This document shows, one piece after another, positions 7,448 to 16,901 of a stretch of DNA of 64,000 bases. The position numbers and the translations under genes were made by a program. Source of the DNA: Vicinamibacterales bacterium (GTDB lineage Bacteria; Acidobacteriota; Vicinamibacteria; Vicinamibacterales; UBA8438); contig CBDCCN010000004.1 in assembly GCA_965214865.1 (NCBI GenBank), positions 2,801,300 through 2,865,299 on the forward strand, in the 5' to 3' direction. Within the stretch, counting starts at the first letter, position 1. Every line of letters begins with the position of its first letter. The notes below the pieces were generated by a model. That model did not search any database. It was not told the DNA's origin and saw only the letters and a list, made by a program, of their open reading frames with translations.

Positions 7448-9481
7448 TCAGTTGGACATCGCGGTCGGGTTCTTCTTGTGCTGGAACGGATAGCTGGCGA
7501 CGATCTCCTTCACCAGCGTCTGGAACCGGTAGTCGTCCGCCTCGAGCCCGGCGATGATTTTCCGCAGGGCCGGCTCGTCGTAGTACTCGAGCTGGCGGCC
7601 GAGCGCATAGGCGAGCATCTTCGACGCCGTCTGACGGACGAGGTCGTCGTGCCGCTCTTCCAGCAGGGTGCGCTTCAGCCCCGCCGGACCGTCGAACGCG
7701 GTGCCGCTCGGCAGCGCGCCGGCGGCCTGGATCGGCGTGTAGGTGTTCCGGTAGAAGCGCTTCTCCGTGAAGACGTTGGTGTCCTCGACGATGCGGATCT
7801 CGTCGGCTTCTTCTTCCGTCTCCACGCGCTCCCGGAAGTGGTAGCTGTCGCGCCAGCGGCCGAAGTAGTCGAAGTTCTCCAGGCTGAAGCCGATCGGATC
7901 GATGCGGCGGTGGCAGGCGCTGCACGCGGGGTTGCTGGAGTGCAGCTCCAGCTTCTCCCGGAAGCTGAGCTTGCGCAGGTCGCCGAGCTCCGCCGACAGA
8001 ACCCCCGCGCCCGGCGGCGGCGGCGGCGGCGGGGTGCCGAGCAGCACGTCGAGGACGTAGTGGCCGCGCTTGACCGGGCTGGTGTCCTTGTAGTTCGACG
8101 TCAGGGCCAGCACGCTGCCGTGGCCGAGGTAGCCGCCGCGGTTCGGGTCGTCGAGCGACACGCGGCGCATGTGCTCGCCTTCGATCCCCTCCATGCCGTA
8201 GAGGGTGCCGGCGAGCTCCTCGTTGACGAAGGTGTAATCGGCGTCGATGAGCCGGCGGATCGGCTGGTTGTCGCGGACGAGCGACAGGAAGAACAGGGAC
8301 GACTCGTTGCGCATCGCGGTCATCAGGGTGTCGGTGCACCACGGGTTGTCGATCGGGTCGAGCCAGATCCGCGACCCGACGTGCTGGAAGCCGAGCCACT
8401 GGGCGGCGAAGCTGGTGCCGAGGGTGTCGGCCTTCGGGTCCGCCAGCATGCGGTCGACCTGCGCGTCGAGGACGGCCGGGCCGCTCAACTCGCCGTGGCG
8501 GGCGAGGTCGCGCAGCTCGGCGTCCGGCATCGACGCCCACAGGAAGTAGGAGAGGCGCGAGGCGAGGTCCCAGTCGCTGATGCGGTAGGGCCCGGACGCG
8601 GCCGCTGCCGGAGGCGCTTCGGCGCGCAGCAGGAACCTGGGCGAGATGAGCACCGCCTGCAGCACCACCTTCACCGCCTCCTCGAACGCCTGCCCCGACT
8701 GCCGTGCCGCGCGGTAGCGGTCGAGCGCCCGATCGACGGCCTCCTCGCCGGGCGGACGGCGCCACGCCCGCTCCAGGAAGCGGCGAAGCACCAGCTCGGC
8801 CGCCTCCTCGTCGCCGAGGCCGCCGCCGGGCGTGGCGACGAACACCAGCGCGTGCGCGCGCCGCTCGGCATCGGTCGCCGGCTCCGCTGGGAGCATCAGC
8901 TCCACTACCCGCTCGGCCGCCGCGATGTAGCGCTCCATCAGCGTCGATTCGAGGAACAGCGTGTTCGCCGTGTTGTCGAAGCCGCTGGCGCCGGTCAGCT
9001 CGGCCGGGAAGCGGTCGGTCAGGGTGAAGTTCGCGCCGACGAGGTCGCGCAGCGTGTTGTCGAGCTCGCGGTGGGTGAGCCGCTTCAGCGGCTCGTAGCC
9101 CGGGTCGTCGACGGTGGAGTAGTCGAAGTTGTCGATGGAGTCGGACAGCAGCGCGTGGAGCGTTTCGCGCTCGGCGTCGGCCGGTTGCGGGGCGCCGGCG
9201 GGCGGCATCTTGCCGACCTCGAGCGCGTCCATCACGCGGATCCAGGCCTCGCGGTTGCGGACCAGCGGGCGCTGGGCGATCAGCCCGTCGAGGTTGACCC
9301 CGGCGGTCTGGGTCTGCGCGCCGTGGCAACTGAAGCAGTACTGCTGCAGCAGGGGCGCGGCCGGGTGGCGGTCCGCGTCGGCAACGCCCGGACCCGCCGA
9401 GGTCTGTGCCGACGTGCGCCCGGTGCCCGCCGCGGCGGCGAGGACGAGCGCGAACAGGGCGACGCGGTGGAACTTGCTCAT
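7448..9481 (-). CDS. PSCyt/PSD-type di-heme cytochrome-like protein (DUF1587/DUF1588/DUF1585-type), pair A
   Basis: The track ORF starts at a TTG (9487). The first ATG is at 9481 (MSKFHRVALFALVLAAAAG). There is an N-terminal CFSCH and a C-terminal second CxxCH (NPACSACHRRIDPIGFSLENFDYFGRWR). I saw no clear SD. It is about 130-150 aa shorter than the B and C homologues. Confidence 0.85.
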   Translation of the reverse strand: MSKFHRVALFALVLAAAAGTGRTSAQTSAGPGVADADRHPAAPLLQQYCFSCHGAQTQTAGVNLDGLIAQRPLVRNREAWIRVMDALEVGKMPPAGAPQPADAERETLHALLSDSIDNFDYSTVDDPGYEPLKRLTHRELDNTLRDLVGANFTLTDRFPAELTGASGFDNTANTLFLESTLMERYIAAAERVVELMLPAEPATDAERRAHALVFVATPGGGLGDEEAAELVLRRFLERAWRRPPGEEAVDRALDRYRAARQSGQAFEEAVKVVLQAVLISPRFLLRAEAPPAAAASGPYRISDWDLASRLSYFLWASMPDAELRDLARHGELSGPAVLDAQVDRMLADPKADTLGTSFAAQWLGFQHVGSRIWLDPIDNPWCTDTLMTAMRNESSLFFLSLVRDNQPIRRLIDADYTFVNEELAGTLYGMEGIEGEHMRRVSLDDPNRGGYLGHGSVLALTSNYKDTSPVKRGHYVLDVLLGTPPPPPPPGAGVLSAELGDLRKLSFREKLELHSSNPACSACHRRIDPIGFSLENFDYFGRWRDSYHFRERVETEEEADEIRIVEDTNVFTEKRFYRNTYTPIQAAGALPSGTAFDGPAGLKRTLLEERHDDLVRQTASKMLAYALGRQLEYYDEPALRKIIAGLEADDYRFQTLVKEIVASYPFQHKKNPTAMSN

Positions 9482-10008
9482 TCGCAAATGTGTCTGTGTG
9501 GAAAGCGCAAAGGTACCACAGCCGGGCTTTCGACGAACACCGCGAAGGAGGCGGTCGGCGGCGGGAAGGCGCCGCGGCCACGGTCGGTGCGCTCTTTCAC
9601 GCGAAGTGCTGCGGCTGGCCGCGGATGCCGACGGCGGCCGAGTGCTGCGAGGCGATGCGGGCCGAGGCGCCGACGCGCCGGCACCTGGCCATCCTGGCGA
9701 CGACCTGGGAATGAGAGGCGCCGAAACACTGCTGCTTCACTGGCGGCGAAGCCGCACGGATGAAAGGACGCAAGGCGGCGCCCCCGGCGCGTGAAGACCG
9801 GGAGCAACGGAGGCGCCACCACGCGGCGGCGACCCGACCGGTCCCGGATCCCGGCCGGCTCCGACGGCCGCACCCGTGGCCCCCCGGTCGAAATCGAGGG
9901 TAGCCGCCGGCGCGCGGGCCGTGTAGAATGCCGCCGAGCGCCGTATTCGAAATCCGGAGGCGGGATCCCCGCGGGGGCTACCCGCGGCCTCAACGAAGGA
10001 TGGCCACC

Positions 10009-12432
10009 ATGCGCTGGCTGAAGTTCGGCTCCGCGGCGATCGTGTGCGCGTTCCTCGCGTCGGGCGCCGCCGGCCCGGCAGCCGCCGCCGAGCAGACCGT
10101 TGCGGCCGGCGCTCCGCGGAGCGCCGTATCCACCGCGTCCGCGGATCGGGCGGTCATCCAGCGCTACTGCGTCACCTGCCACAACGACCGGCTCGCGACC
10201 GGCGGCCTGTCGCTCCAGGGCGTCGACGTCGCCGACGTCGCCGCGCATCGCGACGTGTGGGAGAAGGTGGTCCGCAAGCTGCGCGCCGGCGCGATGCCGC
10301 CGCGACCGCGCCCCCGGCCGGACGACGCCACCTACGCGCGCGTCCTGGCCTCCATCGAGACCGCCCTCGACGCGGCCGCCGCGGCGACTCCGGACCCCGG
10401 ACGCACCGCGACCTTCCGCCGGCTGAACCGTACGGAGTACCAGAACGCGGTGCGCGACCTGCTGGCCCTGGACATGGACGTCACCGCGCTGCTGCCGCGC
10501 GACGACTCTGCCTTCGGCTTCGACAACGTGAACGCGGGCGGCCTGTCGCCGACCCTGATGGAGCGGTACCTCGCGGCGGCGCAGAAGGTGAGCCGGCTGG
10601 CGGTGGGCAGCGACCTGCCGGCGCCCGGCAGCCGCGTCGTCGTGGTGCCCGCCGACCGGACCCAGGAGGACCACGTCGCCGGCCTGCCGTTCGGGACCCG
10701 CGGCGGCACCGCGGTCGAGCACACGTTTCCGGCCGACGGCGAGTACGAGATCCAGGTCCGCCTGCAGCGCAACCGCAACGAGAACGTCGAGGGGCTGACC
10801 GAGCCGCACGACGTGGAGATCACCCTGGACGGCGAGCGGCTCGCCCTGTTCACCATGGAGCCGAGCCGCAACTACGTCATGCAGGCCAACGCCGCGTACT
10901 ACGCGGACGAAGGCATCGACAATCACCTCAACGTGCGCATCCCGGCGCCGGCGGGGCCGCACGTGGTCGGCGCCACCTTCATCAAGAAGAACTCCGCGCT
11001 CATCGAGACGACACGGCAGCCCTACGACGCCCACTTCAACATGGACCGCCATCCCCGGCAGCAGCCGGCGGTGCGGTCCGTGTCGATCGTCGGTCCGTTC
11101 GATCCCACCGGAGTGGGGGAGACGCCGAGCCGCGCGCGCATCTTTTCGTGCCGGCCGCCGGCCGGGGCGTCCGACGCCGAGGCGGAGGAGTGCGCGACCG
11201 CGATTATCGCCGGGCTGGCCCGCCGCTCCTACCGGCGCCCGGTGACGGTGGCCGATCTCGATCGGCTCGTCTCCTTCTATCACCGGGGCTACGCCGCGGG
11301 CGGCTTCGAGACCGGCGTCGAGACGGCGCTGCGCGCGCTGCTCGCCAGCCCGGAGTTCCTGTTCCGCATCGAGCGCGACCCGGCCGGCGTGCCGCCCGGC
11401 GCCCCCTACCGGGTCAGTGACCTGGAACTGGCTTCGCGGCTGTCGTTCTTCCTGTGGAGCAGCCTGCCCGACGACGAGTTGATCGACGTGGCGGCGGCCC
11501 GCCGGCTGAGCGACCCGGCCGTGCTCCGGGCGCAGGTGCAGCGGATGCTGGCCGACCCGCGGGCCGAGACCCTGACGACGAACTTCGCGTCGCAGTGGCT
11601 GCACCTGCGGAACCTCGACGCGGTGCGGCCCGACGCCCGGCTCTTCCCGGACTTCGACGACAACCTGCGGCAGAGCTTCCGCCGCGAGACGCAACTGTTG
11701 TTCCGGAGCATCCTCGAAGAGGACCGCAGCGTCGTCGATCTGCTGACCGCCGACTACACTTTCGCCAACGAGCGGGTCGCGCGGCACTACGGATTCGCCG
11801 GCATCTACGGCGACCATTTCCGGCGCGTCGACCTGCCGGCGGGCAGCCCACGGGCCGGCCTGCTCGGGCACGGCAGCATCTTGACGGTGACCTCGTACGC
11901 CACGCGGACGTCCCCGGTGCTGCGCGGGAAGTGGATCCTGGAGAACCTGCTCGGGACGCCGCCTCCGGCGCCGCCGGCGAACGTGCCGCCCCTCGACGAG
12001 ACGCGGTCGAACACCCGCATCGTCTCGATGCGCGAGCGGATGGAGGCGCATCGGCAGAATCCGCAGTGCGCCGTCTGCCACCGGATCATGGATCCGGCCG
12101 GCCTGTCGATGGAGAACTTCGACGCCGTCGGCCGCTGGCGGGACGCCGAGGGCGGGACCGCGATTGACGCGGCGGGCAACCTGCCGGGCGGCGAGGACTT
12201 CGACGGCGTCGCCGGCCTACGCGAGGCGCTGCTCGAACGCCCCGAGGTGTTCGTCGGCACCGTGACGGAGAAGCTGTTGACCTACGCGCTCGGCCGTGGA
12301 CTCGACCACGCCGACGCGCCGGCGGTTCGTGCGATAACGCGGGCGGCCGCGGCCGACGATTATCGGCTGTCGTCGCTCATCCTCGGCATCGTCGAGAGCA
12401 CTCCCTTCCAGATGAGGAGATCCCAGTCATGA
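10009..12432 (+). CDS. PSCyt/PSD-type di-heme cytochrome-like protein (DUF1592/DUF1588 family), pair B
   Basis: Lies inside ORF 9928..12432. ATG candidates are 10000 (MATMRW) and 10009 (MRWLKFGSAAIVCAFLASGAAGPAAA). The GAAGGA at 9995-10000 favours 10009. Heme motifs are CVTCH (IQRYCVTCHNDR) and NPQCAVCHRIMDPAGLSMENFDAVGRWR. Colinear with 53810..56293. Confidence 0.85.
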   Translation: MRWLKFGSAAIVCAFLASGAAGPAAAAEQTVAAGAPRSAVSTASADRAVIQRYCVTCHNDRLATGGLSLQGVDVADVAAHRDVWEKVVRKLRAGAMPPRPRPRPDDATYARVLASIETALDAAAAATPDPGRTATFRRLNRTEYQNAVRDLLALDMDVTALLPRDDSAFGFDNVNAGGLSPTLMERYLAAAQKVSRLAVGSDLPAPGSRVVVVPADRTQEDHVAGLPFGTRGGTAVEHTFPADGEYEIQVRLQRNRNENVEGLTEPHDVEITLDGERLALFTMEPSRNYVMQANAAYYADEGIDNHLNVRIPAPAGPHVVGATFIKKNSALIETTRQPYDAHFNMDRHPRQQPAVRSVSIVGPFDPTGVGETPSRARIFSCRPPAGASDAEAEECATAIIAGLARRSYRRPVTVADLDRLVSFYHRGYAAGGFETGVETALRALLASPEFLFRIERDPAGVPPGAPYRVSDLELASRLSFFLWSSLPDDELIDVAAARRLSDPAVLRAQVQRMLADPRAETLTTNFASQWLHLRNLDAVRPDARLFPDFDDNLRQSFRRETQLLFRSILEEDRSVVDLLTADYTFANERVARHYGFAGIYGDHFRRVDLPAGSPRAGLLGHGSILTVTSYATRTSPVLRGKWILENLLGTPPPAPPANVPPLDETRSNTRIVSMRERMEAHRQNPQCAVCHRIMDPAGLSMENFDAVGRWRDAEGGTAIDAAGNLPGGEDFDGVAGLREALLERPEVFVGTVTEKLLTYALGRGLDHADAPAVRAITRAAAADDYRLSSLILGIVESTPFQMRRSQS

Positions 12433-13775
12433 TGATCACGAAGACGGCGCTCCCCCGGCGGACGTTCCTGCGCGGCGTGGGGGCCACGCTGGCGCTGCCG
12501 CTGCTCGACGCCATGGTCCCGGCCTCGTCGGCGCTCGCCAAGACGGCCGCGGCGGCGCCGCGGCGGCTCGGTTACGTCTACATCCCGATGGGGATGAACC
12601 CGGAGCCGTGGACGCCGGCCGAGGTCGGCAGGCTGACCCGCCTGTCGCCGTCGCTGTCGCCGTTGACGCCGCATCTCGACGACGTGAGCATCATCACCAA
12701 CCTCGAGATCGACGCCGCGCACATCTCCGGGAACCACGCCTCGGCGAACTCCGCGTTCCTGACCTGCGTGCGGCCGAAGCGCACCGAGGGCAGCGACTAC
12801 GTCAACGGGACGTCGGTCGACCAGATCGCGGCGAAGCAGATCGGCCGGGACACGCCGCTGCCGTCGCTGGAGATCGGGACCGACCTGATCGCGCAGGTCG
12901 GCAACTGTGACAACGGGTTCGCCTGCGTCTACATGAACAGCCTGTCGTGGGCGTCGCCGACCGCACCGAACCCGACCGAGGCCGACCCGCGCGTCGTCTT
13001 CGAGCGGCTCTTCGGCGACGGCGGGACTCCCGCGCAGCGGCAGGCGGAGCTGAAGACCAACCGCAGCATCCTCGACTGGGTGCTCGACGACATGGCCAGC
13101 CTGCAGTCGCAGCTCGGCACGGGCGACAAGCACCGGGTGAACGAGTACCTCGACACCGTGCGCGAGGTCGAGCGCCGCATCCAGCGCGCCGAACAGTCGG
13201 CCACCGACTCGCCGCTGAGCGACCTCACGCGTCCGACCGCCGTGCCGGAGGTCTGGGAGGATCACGTCAAGCTGATGTACGATCTGCAGGTGCTGGCCCT
13301 GCGCGCCGACCTGACCCGTGTCATCACCTTCCAGATGGCGCGCGAGGCGAGTACGCGGACCTACCCGCAGATCGGGGTCCCGGAGCCGCACCACCCGACG
13401 TCGCACCACGTCGACGATCCGGAGAAGCTCGCCAAGCTGGCGAAGATCAACCAGTACCACGTCTCGCTCTTCGGCTACCTGATCGAGAAGCTGAAGACGA
13501 CCGAGGACGGCGACGGGACGCTGCTCGACCATACGACGTACATGCTCGGCAGCGGCCTCGGCAACCCGAATGTGCACGATCACCGCAACCTGCCGGTCGT
13601 CGTGGCGCGCGGCGCCGGGTCGAAGATCGCGGGCGGCCGGCACGTCAAGTACGACGAGTTGACCCCGCTGGCGAACCTCCACCTGACGCTGCTCGACGAC
13701 GTCGGCGTGCGCCTCGACGAGTTCGCCGACAGCACCGGGCACCTCGGCGAGGTGGTCGAGCCGCTGTCGCTGTAG
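12429..13775 (+). CDS. DUF1552-family protein with TAT-type signal (pair B)
   Basis: Its start overlaps the upstream stop as ATGA (12429-12432). N-terminus is MMITKTALPRRTFLRGVGATLALPLLDAM and the HHPTSHH motif is present. Confidence 0.9.
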   Translation: MMITKTALPRRTFLRGVGATLALPLLDAMVPASSALAKTAAAAPRRLGYVYIPMGMNPEPWTPAEVGRLTRLSPSLSPLTPHLDDVSIITNLEIDAAHISGNHASANSAFLTCVRPKRTEGSDYVNGTSVDQIAAKQIGRDTPLPSLEIGTDLIAQVGNCDNGFACVYMNSLSWASPTAPNPTEADPRVVFERLFGDGGTPAQRQAELKTNRSILDWVLDDMASLQSQLGTGDKHRVNEYLDTVREVERRIQRAEQSATDSPLSDLTRPTAVPEVWEDHVKLMYDLQVLALRADLTRVITFQMAREASTRTYPQIGVPEPHHPTSHHVDDPEKLAKLAKINQYHVSLFGYLIEKLKTTEDGDGTLLDHTTYMLGSGLGNPNVHDHRNLPVVVARGAGSKIAGGRHVKYDELTPLANLHLTLLDDVGVRLDEFADSTGHLGEVVEPLSL

Positions 13776-13815
13776 CGCGGGCGCGGTCGACGGGAGACTG
13801 CGATATGCAGGAACC

Positions 13816-13851
13816 GCGGGCTGTCGGCTTCACATCAGGCCGGCAGCCCGC
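13816..13851 (+). terminator. GC-rich hairpin between DUF1552-B and the ankyrin gene (terminator or attenuator)
   Basis: GCGGGCTGTCGGC (13816-13828) pairs with GCCGGCAGCCCGC (13839-13851). This is a 13-bp stem with one G-T pair and a 10-nt loop. There is no U tract, and AAGGAG for the ankyrin gene follows. Confidence 0.35.
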
Positions 13852-13875
13852 ATCGCATTTGCAAGGAGCTTTCCC

Positions 13876-15369
13876 ATGCACCGCTCGATGCTCTCGTTTG
13901 TTGCGCTCCTGTCTATCTTCGCTGCGTTCAGCGGAGCCGCCCCCGCCGTGGCGGCGGAGGCGGCCGACGCCGGCCTGATCGGCGCGATCAAGGCCGTGGA
14001 CGACGCCGGGGTGCGCGCGGCGCTCGCGCGCGGGGCCGACGTCACCGCCGCGGACCCCGACGGCACGACGCCGCTCCATTGGGCGGTGCACGCGAACGAC
14101 GCCGCGATCGTCGAGCTCCTGCTCGACGCGGGCGCCGATGCGACGGCGGCCAACCGCTACGGCGTGCGTCCCATCTCGCTGGCCTGCACCAACGGCAACG
14201 CGGCCGTCGTGGAACTGCTGCTCGACGCCGGGGCCGACGCCGGCACGACGCTGGCGGAGGGAGAGACGGCCCTGATGACGGCGGCGCGCACCGGAGATCT
14301 CGACGTCGTCAGGCTGCTGCTGGACCGCGGCGCCGACGTGAACGCGGCCGAGTCCTGGCGCGGGCAGACGGCTCTGATGTGGGCCGCGGCCGAGGGGCAT
14401 GCGCAGTTGATTCCGACGATGCTGTCGTACGGCGCCGACGTCTCCGCGCGGTCCACGAAGGGCTGGACCCCGCTGCTGTTCGCGGTGCGCGAAGGGCGGG
14501 TCGGCGTCGTGCAGACGCTGCTCGAGGCCGGGGGCGACGTAGAGGAGTCGCTCCCCGTCACCCAGGAGACGCGCCGCGGCGGCACCAGCGCCGAGCGCTC
14601 GGCCACCGGGCTGAACGCGTTCCTGCTGGCTGCCGCCAACGCCCACTACGAGCTGGCCGCGCTGCTGGTGGACCGCGGGGCCGACGTCAACGTCGCCACG
14701 CGCGGCTGGACGGCGCTGCACCAGGTGTCGTGGGTGCGCAAGGCGGGCATCGCCGGCAGCAACAACCCGGCGCCCAAGGGCTCCGGCAACATGACGAGCC
14801 TGGACTTCGTGCGGAAGATCGTGGCCGCCGGGGCCGACGTGAACGCCCGCGTCACGCGCCGGCCGCCGGCCGGGATCACCCGGCTCAACTTCGTCGGGGG
14901 GACGCCGTTCCTGCTCGCGGCGCGTACCGGCGACGCCGACCTGATGCAGCTTCTCGCGGAGCTGGGCGCGGATCCGCTGCTGCCGAACGAGGACGACACC
15001 ACGCCGCTGATGGTGGCGGCCGGGGTCGGCACCTCCGCGCCGGGCGAGGATCCCGGCACGGAGCCGGAGGTCCTCGAAGCGGTCAAGGTGGCGCTGGCGC
15101 TCGGCGGCGACCTGAATGCCGTCGACGACAACGGGGAGACCGCCATGCACGGGGCCGCCTACAAGCACGTACCCGGCGTGGTGACGCTGCTGGCCGAGGC
15201 GGGTGCGGGCGTCGATGTCTGGAACCAGCCCAATTCGCAGGGGTGGACACCGCTCGACATCGCGACGGGCGTGCACCGTGGCATGAACGTCCAGCGCAGT
15301 CCGGCGACCGCCGCCGCCATTCGCACGGCGATGGAGGCAGCCGGCGTGCCGGTTCCGGTAGGTCAGTAG
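13876..15369 (+). CDS. secreted ankyrin-repeat protein (paralogue of 56365..57810)
   Basis: Signal peptide is MHRSMLSFVALLSIFAAFSGAAPAVAA. More than 10 ankyrin repeats are present (TPLHWAV..ND..IVELLLDAGAD, ..ALMTAAR.GDLDVVRLLLDRGADVN, GQTALMWAAAEGH...). Confidence 0.9.
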   Translation: MHRSMLSFVALLSIFAAFSGAAPAVAAEAADAGLIGAIKAVDDAGVRAALARGADVTAADPDGTTPLHWAVHANDAAIVELLLDAGADATAANRYGVRPISLACTNGNAAVVELLLDAGADAGTTLAEGETALMTAARTGDLDVVRLLLDRGADVNAAESWRGQTALMWAAAEGHAQLIPTMLSYGADVSARSTKGWTPLLFAVREGRVGVVQTLLEAGGDVEESLPVTQETRRGGTSAERSATGLNAFLLAAANAHYELAALLVDRGADVNVATRGWTALHQVSWVRKAGIAGSNNPAPKGSGNMTSLDFVRKIVAAGADVNARVTRRPPAGITRLNFVGGTPFLLAARTGDADLMQLLAELGADPLLPNEDDTTPLMVAAGVGTSAPGEDPGTEPEVLEAVKVALALGGDLNAVDDNGETAMHGAAYKHVPGVVTLLAEAGAGVDVWNQPNSQGWTPLDIATGVHRGMNVQRSPATAAAIRTAMEAAGVPVPVGQ

Positions 15370-15416
15370 GCGGCGGTAGCGCGGCGGGACCGCCGAGCCG
15401 GTGCCCCGCCGCCTAC
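15366..15416. terminator. inverted repeat spanning the convergent stops of the ankyrin-B and hepT genes
   Basis: GTAGGCGGCGG (15366-15376) is perfectly complementary to CCGCCGCCTAC (15406-15416). It covers both stop codons. Confidence 0.35.
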
Positions 15417-15835
15417 CGTGTGTGGTTCGTCAGACGGCCGAGAAACGCCAGAAGATCGGCAGGTCCGTCGGTGGCCGCCTGGTGGACCCGTTTCAGGTCC
15501 AGCGACTCGTAAGCGTGGGCCACGACGTTGCGAAATCCGGCCGCACGGACGAGACGGTCGGCGAGGACGGTTTCGATGATGCCGGCCGTCTCGAGACGAC
15601 GGAACGCATCCGCGTAGGTGCCGGGGGTGCCCAGCCGCAGCGCCAGACAGGCGCCCATCGCGACGTCGATCACGATCTGCGTGGCCTGCCAGAGATGGAG
15701 CACGACGGCGTCCGATGCATCGGTCGCCGGGTGAAAGTCGGCCGACGATGCCGGCAGCCGGTCCGCCACCCTCGCCAGATGGCGCTGGACGGTCATGGTG
15801 CGCTCGGCGAGCACGGCCTGGTCGAGAACGCTCAC
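15413..15835 (-). CDS. hepT: HepT-like HEPN-domain toxin (DUF86)
   Basis: Contains the HEPN R.{4}H motif in AAGFRNVVAHAYESL. A GTG at 15835 overlaps the MNT stop as GTGA. The alternative ATG at 15796 would give 127 aa. Confidence 0.8.
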   Translation of the reverse strand: MSVLDQAVLAERTMTVQRHLARVADRLPASSADFHPATDASDAVVLHLWQATQIVIDVAMGACLALRLGTPGTYADAFRRLETAGIIETVLADRLVRAAGFRNVVAHAYESLDLKRVHQAATDGPADLLAFLGRLTNHTR

Positions 15836-16284
15836 CGCCGCAGGGCCTCCAGGACTTCGTCGTACCCGCGTTCGAAGACGGGCGCGTTCTCGCACCAGAA
15901 CTGCACCGCTCCAAGGCTGTACCGATCGAGCAGGCCCGCCGCGGCCTCGTACACCAGCAGTCCATCACGCGCCGCCCGATACCGCAGCAGACCGCTTGCT
16001 CGACCAAGATCCACCAGATCGACGCGGTCGTCTTCGAGTACCTCTACCAGTGCGGCCAACAACCCCGGCACGTCGGCCGCCGCATCTGCCAGGTAGCCGA
16101 AGTCCCAGTCCGCGCCCGGCCGCGCGTCGCCGCGGGCCCGCGATCCGAACAGGATCAGCAGATCGAGCCCGACTATCGCACGGGCCGCCGAGGCCACGGC
16201 ATCGAGCGCCGAATCGGGCAGCGGTCGTTGCATGTCGGCATCGTACATCGGTAGGGCGCGACGGACGACGTGGTCACGAGTCAT
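15832..16284 (-). CDS. mntA: MNT-type nucleotidyltransferase antitoxin
   Basis: Contains the minimal nucleotidyltransferase motif LILFGSRARGDARPGADWDFGYL. The first ATG is at 16284 (the track ORF starts at TTG 16287). The internal ATGs (MYDAD.., MQRPL..) are also possible starts. Confidence 0.8.
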   Translation of the reverse strand: MTRDHVVRRALPMYDADMQRPLPDSALDAVASAARAIVGLDLLILFGSRARGDARPGADWDFGYLADAAADVPGLLAALVEVLEDDRVDLVDLGRASGLLRYRAARDGLLVYEAAAGLLDRYSLGAVQFWCENAPVFERGYDEVLEALRR

Positions 16285-16320
16285 CAAATCCGGGGCACGA
16301 ACGTACTGTCAATGCGACCG

Positions 16321-16775
16321 CTACACCAGCGTCCTCAACAGCGTCAAGGCCGGGGCGACGCGGATGCCGTCGGCGTTCACGTAGTTCTTCGTCCCGGTCG
16401 CCGAGATTTGCCACGCGTCGCAGTCGGGAAGCGCACCTTGAAGTAGCGCAGGCTCTTGGCGACCGGGGAGTCGGCCCACGTGCACGCGACGCAGCGCACC
16501 GGCTGCCGCCGGTCCACGACCACGAAGTCGACCTCGCGCCCGTCCGTGTACTTGTGGATCTCGTCGAACACCCACAGTCCGGAGGCGGGAAGCTCGCGGC
16601 GGAGGATGCGCTCGCGGTCCTCCGCGACGTCCCAGTTGAGGTAGCCCCGGCGGGCTCCCGGCAGCATCCGGGCGAGCGTGGTCTTGCCGACCTGCCGGGG
16701 ACCGGCCACGAAGACCATCTTCCTGGCGAGATCCTGCTCGACCTGTGCCGCGAGGTATCGGGGCGTGACCGGCAC
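16321..16775 (-). pseudogene. AAA_14/DUF4143-type ATPase, internally deleted and frameshifted
   Basis: The N-terminus has Walker A (VAGPRQVGKTTL) and Walker B (LWVFDEIHKY). It then jumps straight to the C-terminal DUF4143-like block (REVDFVVVDRRQPVRCV...LRYFKVRFP). The natural C-terminus (PDCDAWQISATGTKNYVNADGIRVAPALTLLRTLV, ends 16321) continues in another frame at ~16430. Intact homologues are about 400 aa (from memory). Confidence 0.6.
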
Positions 16776-16901
16776 GCGGACAGTTTACAAGTATTTTCAC
16801 TGCGGTATAAATTGCGAATTGCTTTTTCGACAACTATCAAAATTGGAGCAGAACCATTTTCCCCCCCGTCGTCAAATTGCAATGTAGTTGTTGCACAGTG
16901 C

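Noticed and set aside
9406-9714. A small Cys-containing ORF (…FHAKCCGWPRMPTAAECCEAMRAE…) in the divergent spacer between pairs A and B.
   Set aside because: There is no RBS, the N-terminal half is R/G-rich, and it overlaps the 5' end of gene 7448-9481. It is probably non-coding leader or promoter DNA.
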